NCBI GenBank assembly: GCA_964576615.1
Contig: CAZNUU010000001.1
Coordinates: forward strand, 31,309-95,308
Origin: an uncultured Candidatus Saccharibacteria bacterium
GTDB lineage: Bacteria > Patescibacteriota > Minisyncoccia > Phycocordibacterales > DATDWN01
Direction of reading: 5' to 3'
DNA: 64,000 bases
Below are positions 58,399 to 64,000 of this stretch, piece by piece. The translations under genes were made by a program, and so were the position numbers. The notes beneath the pieces were generated by a model. The model saw only the letters and a program-made list of their open reading frames with translations. It was not told the origin of the DNA and ran no database searches. Each line of letters opens with the position of its first letter. The first letter of the stretch is position 1.

Positions 58399-58607
58399 AT
58401 TTTGGTGTTTTCTAATAAATTAGATAAGACTTTTATTCAAATGTCATCTATTTCTATCACCCAGGTTAAATTAAGTCAACCCCCCACCCAGATTATAAGT
58501 CAAGCCTTGAGTTTATTGCAGATTTTAGTGAAATTTAATTATCCAGTGGTAAATATCCTGGGCTGGGTGGGGGGTCAAGCACCTTGACACACAGAACTAA
58601 TTAGTTA

Positions 58608-61487
58608 TTATAAAACAAAATTAACAAGGCGATTCTTAACAAATATAGTCTTTTTTATTTCCTTATTTTGCAGCCATTTTTCAATATCCGGTAGTGCCTT
58701 AGCGAGTGAAGCCACTACCTCCTCGGTCTCATCTATTTTTACTTTAAGCTCAGCTCTGACTCTGCTGTTAACCTGAACCGCAATAGTAACCTCTTGGGAT
58801 TTTAATTTTGATTTGTCGGCTTGCGGCCAAGATTCATTGACCAATAGTGACTTATTACCAACTCTTTGCCATAGCTCCGAGGTAGAGTGCGGCGCAAATG
58901 GGCAGAGTAGTTTTAAGAACATTTCAAAATCCTTAACACTTACTTTTTCAGTTTTTTCCATTTCATTTAGAAGTATCATCATAGATGAGACGGCTGTATT
59001 AAAAGACATTGTTTCTATATCGGAAGTTACTTTCTCTATGGTCCGATGAAGTAGTGAGTCAAATTTCTCTGAGGATTTTTTGCTATTGGCCTGTAAAATT
59101 CTATCTGAAATTCTCCAAACTCTTTCTAAAAATCTCCTGACTCCTAAGATATTTTCATCCCCCCACATTGCCGCTTGGCCAAATGGACCAATGAACATTT
59201 CATAGAGCCTAAGCGAATCCGCTCCATAAGTTTTTACAATGTCATCCGGATTTATCACGTTCCCAAATCTCTTTGACATTTTTCTGCCATCCGAAGCGTG
59301 TATTAGTCCAACATTTTGAAGTCTCTGGAACGGCTCTTTGGTAGAAACGACACCAATATCATAGAGAAACTTATGCCAAAATCTCGCATAAATTAGGTGC
59401 CTGGTTGCATGCTCTGCCCCACCCACATAAAGATCGACCGTGTTCCAGTATTTTTCCTTTTTCTTATCAACTAGAGCCTTGTTGTTGTTCGGATCCATAT
59501 ATCTTAAGTAATACCAAGAAGAACCGGCCCACTGCGGCATGGTATTAGATTCCCGTCTCAACATTTTTTTGCCGACCTTATAGTTTATCCAACCTGGAAT
59601 ACTAGCTAGGGGCGATTCCGCTGTACCGGTTGGTTCGTATGATTTAACCTGAGGTAATTTGACTGGCAAATCTCTCTCCGGCACAGGAATGACTTTGTGT
59701 TTTAGAACTTCTATCTTGGCATTTTTAACCCCCAGTTCGTCGTCGAATAAGACAGGTATAGGTTCCCCCCAATATCTTTGCCTAGAAAACACCCAGTCAC
59801 GAAGCTTGTATTTCGTTACCCACTTGCCCTTTACAGACTTTGTAATATCTCTTTTGACTTTATCCGAGTCGAGACTTGAAAATTTTCCAGAATTAATGAG
59901 CACACCGTTACCAGTAAATGTTTTTCCTTCTTTTAGTAATAAATCGAGCGCATATTGATGAGTTTGGGCACTCAAACTTTTTCGAAGCTCGCTTGTTGTT
60001 TGCCAAGTTATTTCGTGAGTATCATTTTCTTCGTTTGATATCTCCTCTTTCTTTGGATCTTTCAATTTGAAAACGAGAATGTGCGCATCTACAAGTTTAT
60101 TTGTCTTCTTTGGGACATGATAAAAAAGCCCATGAACCTTACCCAGTTCATTCACATATTCCAAATTTAAATAACCGGTCTCTTCTTTTATCTCTCTAAT
60201 TGCCGTCTCTTTGGGATTTTCTTTCTCTATTGTTCCAGTTAAAAGCGTAGTCCATGCAACCTTTTTCCACTTAAGTGCAACGTATTTGTCATCCTTCCAG
60301 TGCTTTACAAAAGTTATTACTCCCGGCCTCCTTAGTATCGGCTCCTCTTTTCTGTAGGCCCCAGGCTCATAGTCTTGGATAAAAAGTGGTTCAATTACTT
60401 GCTTGACTTGTAAATTATACTTCTCTGCAAATTCTCCATCTCGTTCATCATGCGCAGGGACAGCCATAATTGCACCTGTACCATAGGTAGCTAGAACATA
60501 ATCCGCGATCCAAATTGGAATTTTTTCTTTATTTGCCGGATTGATTGCAAATATTCCTTTTGCTTCCACTCCGGTTTTTTCCTTACCCTCTGCAGTTCTT
60601 TCAATTTCTGGTTTATTTTTTACACTTTCCAAATAATTTTGAATTTCTTTTTTATTTTCAATTTGATCCCATAATTCCTTTATGATCTTATGCTCTGGTG
60701 CAAGAACAACATAAGTTGCACCAAAGATCGTATCGGGCCTAGTGGTGAAAATTTTTATACTTTGGGGATTTTTAGAAACCTCAAAATCTATCTCCGCTCC
60801 CTCCGAGCGCCCGATCCAATTTCTCTGGCTTTCCTTTATAGATTCCGGCCAGTCCAATAAACTAAGGTCTTCCAGCATTCGATCTGCATACTTAGTAATA
60901 GCTAAAACCCATTGGCGAATAGGTCTTTTCTCAACCGTTGCGCCACATCTTTCACACTTGCCATTTTCGACGTCTTCGTTAGCTAAAATAGTTTTATCCA
61001 CCGGACACCAGTTCACAGGTTCGTTCGATTCATATGCTAGGCCGTGCTCCAGGAGTTTCAAAAATATCCACTGCGTCCATTTGTAAAACTTTGGGTCAGT
61101 TGTATTTACTTCGCGCGACCAGTCATAATCCAGACCAATAATCTCAAGTTGTTTTTTATATCGTGCGACATTTTTTGCCACGGCAACTGCCGGGTTGGTC
61201 TTTGTTTGGATCGCATAGTTCTCCGCTGGCAGTCCAAACGCATCAAAGCCCATCGGGTGAAGCACATTAAACCCCTGCATCCTTTTCATACGCGAAATTA
61301 TGTCGGTAGCAATATAACCCTTGGGGTGACCAACATGAAGTCCCTCACCCGAGGGGTAAGGAAACATATCAAGAATGTAGTATTTTTTCTTTTTTGAACC
61401 GGGCTCTTCAGTTTTAAAAGCCTTACTTTTGGCCCAAATAGATTGCCATTTTTTCTCAATAGCTGAGTGATTATACTCGCTTTTCAT
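58608..61487 (-). CDS. leuS: Leucyl-tRNA synthetase with inserted Nudix-hydrolase domain and reduced CP1 region
   Basis: HVGH (HIGH) and KMSKR motifs. LeuRS blocks TTRPDT, GTGAIMAVPAHDERDGEFA and RDWVFSRQRYWGEPIP. A Nudix box ETAIREIKEETGY and about 150 aa of Nudix fold lie between them (aa about 375-520). Confidence 0.85.
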   Translation of the reverse strand: MKSEYNHSAIEKKWQSIWAKSKAFKTEEPGSKKKKYYILDMFPYPSGEGLHVGHPKGYIATDIISRMKRMQGFNVLHPMGFDAFGLPAENYAIQTKTNPAVAVAKNVARYKKQLEIIGLDYDWSREVNTTDPKFYKWTQWIFLKLLEHGLAYESNEPVNWCPVDKTILANEDVENGKCERCGATVEKRPIRQWVLAITKYADRMLEDLSLLDWPESIKESQRNWIGRSEGAEIDFEVSKNPQSIKIFTTRPDTIFGATYVVLAPEHKIIKELWDQIENKKEIQNYLESVKNKPEIERTAEGKEKTGVEAKGIFAINPANKEKIPIWIADYVLATYGTGAIMAVPAHDERDGEFAEKYNLQVKQVIEPLFIQDYEPGAYRKEEPILRRPGVITFVKHWKDDKYVALKWKKVAWTTLLTGTIEKENPKETAIREIKEETGYLNLEYVNELGKVHGLFYHVPKKTNKLVDAHILVFKLKDPKKEEISNEENDTHEITWQTTSELRKSLSAQTHQYALDLLLKEGKTFTGNGVLINSGKFSSLDSDKVKRDITKSVKGKWVTKYKLRDWVFSRQRYWGEPIPVLFDDELGVKNAKIEVLKHKVIPVPERDLPVKLPQVKSYEPTGTAESPLASIPGWINYKVGKKMLRRESNTMPQWAGSSWYYLRYMDPNNNKALVDKKKEKYWNTVDLYVGGAEHATRHLIYARFWHKFLYDIGVVSTKEPFQRLQNVGLIHASDGRKMSKRFGNVINPDDIVKTYGADSLRLYEMFIGPFGQAAMWGDENILGVRRFLERVWRISDRILQANSKKSSEKFDSLLHRTIEKVTSDIETMSFNTAVSSMMILLNEMEKTEKVSVKDFEMFLKLLCPFAPHSTSELWQRVGNKSLLVNESWPQADKSKLKSQEVTIAVQVNSRVRAELKVKIDETEEVVASLAKALPDIEKWLQNKEIKKTIFVKNRLVNFVL

Positions 61488-61523
61488 GAGTAAATACTAC
61501 TTAAAATATGAGTTTTTGCAAAA

Positions 61524-62441
61524 TTATAACGGAAGAGGTTTTAAAATTCCATTCTGGTTTACAACTTCATCGAAGCAATAGTGGCCAGCTGGATGAGTCC
61601 AAGACGTATAACCAACTGGTCTCATATAAATATTGGGTGAATTATTTTGTTTTGAATCTTCATTAAACTCGGCACATATTTTATACGAAGTATTCCCAGT
61701 TTTTTGGTACTCATATGGCTTTCCGCTCTGTGGATCATTTTGAATATAGTAATAGTTAAGTGCAGACAAATCCTGAATTGAATTCGGCAGAGTATTTTTT
61801 TGCGAATAATAACTTTGCACACTACTGTTTAGATTCATTAGATCATTTATTTTTTGCTCATCGTACTTATATAGTCTCTGTGTCCTGGGAGAACCTAGAA
61901 CATAAAATCCCCATACAATGGAAGCTAGGATAACTACAGCTGCAACAATTACCCAGATTTTTCTGGAACTAGAGTTTAATTTAGATCTTATTTCAGAGAT
62001 GTAGTAGAAAAAGATTAACCCAGTCACAACCAAAACAACAAGAACCTTGAGAAGAAACGCCGCTGTTAGATCTTGACCATCAATAAAATAGTAAAGAACT
62101 GTAACTAGATCCACAGCCATAGCAACCCCGGCGACAAAGAGAGTGATATACGTAAGCCATCGTTTTACTCCCAGATTTCTTTTCTCTGGCTCTCCCACAT
62201 AACCCTTCTCAAGTAACCACATAAGTAAAACAAAAACTGGAAAGAAAATTATGAGGGTTGCAACTGGCCAAGAGATGGTACTGCTTGAGACATAGTAATA
62301 CCCATTATTTGTAGTTTGCGGATATGCGCGATTTATAACAGTGAAGAGAAGATTGATTAAACTTATCGCCACTGTATAGAGAGCTACGATAGCACCCAGA
62401 TTTAAAAAGAAATCCTTTGCTGTTGTTTTGGTTGGATTCAT
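61524..62441 (-). CDS. Polytopic membrane protein (305 aa)
   Basis: About 6 TM helices. C-terminal soluble domain with Cys pair. Confidence 0.4.
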   Translation of the reverse strand: MNPTKTTAKDFFLNLGAIVALYTVAISLINLLFTVINRAYPQTTNNGYYYVSSSTISWPVATLIIFFPVFVLLMWLLEKGYVGEPEKRNLGVKRWLTYITLFVAGVAMAVDLVTVLYYFIDGQDLTAAFLLKVLVVLVVTGLIFFYYISEIRSKLNSSSRKIWVIVAAVVILASIVWGFYVLGSPRTQRLYKYDEQKINDLMNLNSSVQSYYSQKNTLPNSIQDLSALNYYYIQNDPQSGKPYEYQKTGNTSYKICAEFNEDSKQNNSPNIYMRPVGYTSWTHPAGHYCFDEVVNQNGILKPLPL

Positions 62442-62552
62442 TATTTAAGTATAAATATTAATGCTTAATTATAACACAAATAGATTCTGCCTTAATTTGA
62501 CAACCATAATTTAAATGATATTGTTTGCCCTGGAGAAAAAGGAGCTCCTCGC

Positions 62553-62873
62553 ATGCTGGAAAAAAGACCAAGACGACCGCTTCACGAAGTGCTGCCCGAT
62601 CTGATTCGGTTGGCCTCGAGTGATGACCTGCTGTGCTATGGAGGTCTCATCGTACTTACGGAAATCCCGAAAAACCATGACCAGATCGCTGCCGCCTGGA
62701 AGAAGCGCTGCGCTGACATGGGCTGGGGCGAGAACGCAGCACAGCACGTCATGGACGATCTTGCCGCTCAGAAGCGCGCCGCCGAAGACAAGGCCGCCGC
62801 CAAGGTTGTGAGCATGGTCCACACACCCGCGGCTGGGGCTCCCGCCGAGGGCGAGCCTTCGCTCAGCAGCTGA
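62553..62873 (+). CDS. Hypothetical small Ala-rich protein (GC-rich cassette)
   Basis: AGGAG upstream of the ATG. GC-rich. Terminator caggcgtacga-ttaacc-tcgtacgcctg at 62879-62906 followed by an A/T tract. Confidence 0.35.
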   Translation: MLEKRPRRPLHEVLPDLIRLASSDDLLCYGGLIVLTEIPKNHDQIAAAWKKRCADMGWGENAAQHVMDDLAAQKRAAEDKAAAKVVSMVHTPAAGAPAEGEPSLSS

Positions 62874-62920
62874 AACACCAGGCGTACGATTAACCTCGTA
62901 CGCCTGAAATTATTTATAAA

Positions 62921-63943
62921 CTATATTTTGAATTCAATTACGTCACCGTCTTTGACTATATATTCCTTCCCTTCAGTCCTAACCAATCCCTTTTCTCTAG
63001 CAGCTACAAATGAACCTGCCACAATCAAATCATCGTAAGCAACTACTTCCGCACGGATAAATTTATCTTTAAAATCTGTATGGATCGCAGTGCCAGCCAT
63101 TGGCGCATTCCAACCCTTGGTTATTGTCCAAGCACGAGTCTCATCTTCACCGGTTGTGAAATAAGTAATTAAATTGAGTGTCTCGTAAGCTTTTTTTATC
63201 AAATCATCTAGACCCTTTTCAAAAACAGGATCAATCACTACATAGTTCCCGGGGACTTTCGATTTTATATCTAAATTATTCTGAGCAGCTTCAGAAACAT
63301 TTAGTGCATACATTATTGGTTTTGCGGTAAGCAAGTTTAGTTGTTTAACTACCACTTTCTCTTTTTCATCCAGTTCCAGTGTATTTGCCAACTTGCCTTC
63401 TTTTAGGACAGCGAGAACTCTGCCGAGAATTTCATTTTCAAGTATCGCCTCTTTTCTGCGAGCGTCCGAAGGATTAGCTTTGTTTGCCTTAACCTCTTTT
63501 TGCAAATTGGAGATTCTTTTGGAAACAGTTTCTTCGTCCGCAAAAACAAGTTCTAGATTTATAACTTCAATATCTGAAAGCGGTTCCACTTTGCCATGCA
63601 CATGAATGATGTCTTTATCTTCAAAGACTCTGACAACTTCTAGAATTGCATCAACTTCTCGAATATTAGTTAGAAATTTATTGCCAAGGCCCTCGCCTTG
63701 GGATGCTCCTTTAACAAGGCCAGCGATATCTACGAATTCAACCACAGCTGGAATTGTTTTTTGAGACTTTGAAAGCTGTGTCAACTTTTCAAGTCTAGGG
63801 TCAGGCACAGGCACAATACCGACAGATGGGTCAATCGTACAAAATGGATAATTTTCTGCCGGAACAGATTTCTTTGTAAGCGTATTAAAAAGCGTGGACT
63901 TCCCCACGTTTGGCAATCCAACAATTCCAATCGAAAGTGACAT
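62921..63943 (-). CDS. ychF: Ribosome-binding ATPase YchF (Obg-family GTPase)
   Basis: G1 motif [16 protein letters not shown]. YchF-like TGS C-terminal domain. 340 aa. Confidence 0.85.
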   Translation of the reverse strand: MSLSIGIVGLPNVGKSTLFNTLTKKSVPAENYPFCTIDPSVGIVPVPDPRLEKLTQLSKSQKTIPAVVEFVDIAGLVKGASQGEGLGNKFLTNIREVDAILEVVRVFEDKDIIHVHGKVEPLSDIEVINLELVFADEETVSKRISNLQKEVKANKANPSDARRKEAILENEILGRVLAVLKEGKLANTLELDEKEKVVVKQLNLLTAKPIMYALNVSEAAQNNLDIKSKVPGNYVVIDPVFEKGLDDLIKKAYETLNLITYFTTGEDETRAWTITKGWNAPMAGTAIHTDFKDKFIRAEVVAYDDLIVAGSFVAAREKGLVRTEGKEYIVKDGDVIEFKI

Positions 63944-64000
63944 GGCTAAATAATGGCTTATTTCAATGATTAAATCAACTAAATTTGACAGTTGCCCTTA

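Noticed and set aside
1-64000. CRISPR arrays, rRNA genes, IS elements/integrases
   Set aside because: No regularly spaced direct repeats, no 16S/23S/5S-like conserved blocks, and no transposase (DDE) or tyrosine-recombinase motifs were seen in any long ORF.

Overview
The window is a 64 kb stretch of an AT-rich (about 35-38% GC by eye), gene-dense bacterial genome. Its gene content suggests a reduced Patescibacteria/CPR-like organism, but this is an inference from content only.

Backbone genes recognised from motifs:
- A ribosomal cluster on the minus strand: rpsI, rplM, rplQ, rpoA, rpsD, rpsK, rpsM, a 38-aa rpmJ missing from the ORF track, and infA.
- grpE, dnaK and dnaJ.
- The pyrC-pyrD-pyrE-pyrF pyrimidine operon.
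- The mraY-ftsW-murG cell-wall block, a D,D-carboxypeptidase, an M23 peptidase and an MltG-like transglycosylase.
- scpA/scpB, asnB, a Cfa-like methyltransferase, a patatin-like protein, a family 4 uracil-DNA glycosylase, mnmA and ychF.
- Five aminoacyl-tRNA synthetases: TrpRS, AspRS/AsnRS, GluRS, a short AlaRS and LeuRS.
- A sensor histidine kinase, a FabH-like KAS III and a large secreted GxSxG hydrolase.
- One tRNA-Glu(CUC).

The main observation is a compositional and translational-signal mosaic. At least 12 short GC-rich (about 50-58%) cassettes sit in backbone intergenic gaps. Each has a canonical GGAGG Shine-Dalgarno and its own hairpin terminator, whereas the AT-rich backbone genes show no SD.

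The cassettes are:
- an M16 zinc peptidase;
- an ABC exporter with a degenerate Walker A, followed by a RimL-like GNAT;
- a TonB-C-domain protein;
- a 4-gene operon of small zinc-ribbon proteins inserted between dnaK and dnaJ;
- an orphan ribbon-helix-helix (RHH) protein;
- several single small ORFs.

Other notable items:
- LeuRS carries an inserted Nudix domain and has a shrunken CP1 editing region.
- A T-box leader precedes the AspRS/AsnRS gene.
- An ArsR-like ORF lacks a start codon.
- A 466-nt gap has no ORF.
- Several hairpins straddle stop codons.

No CRISPR array, rRNA or recognisable transposase/integrase was seen.
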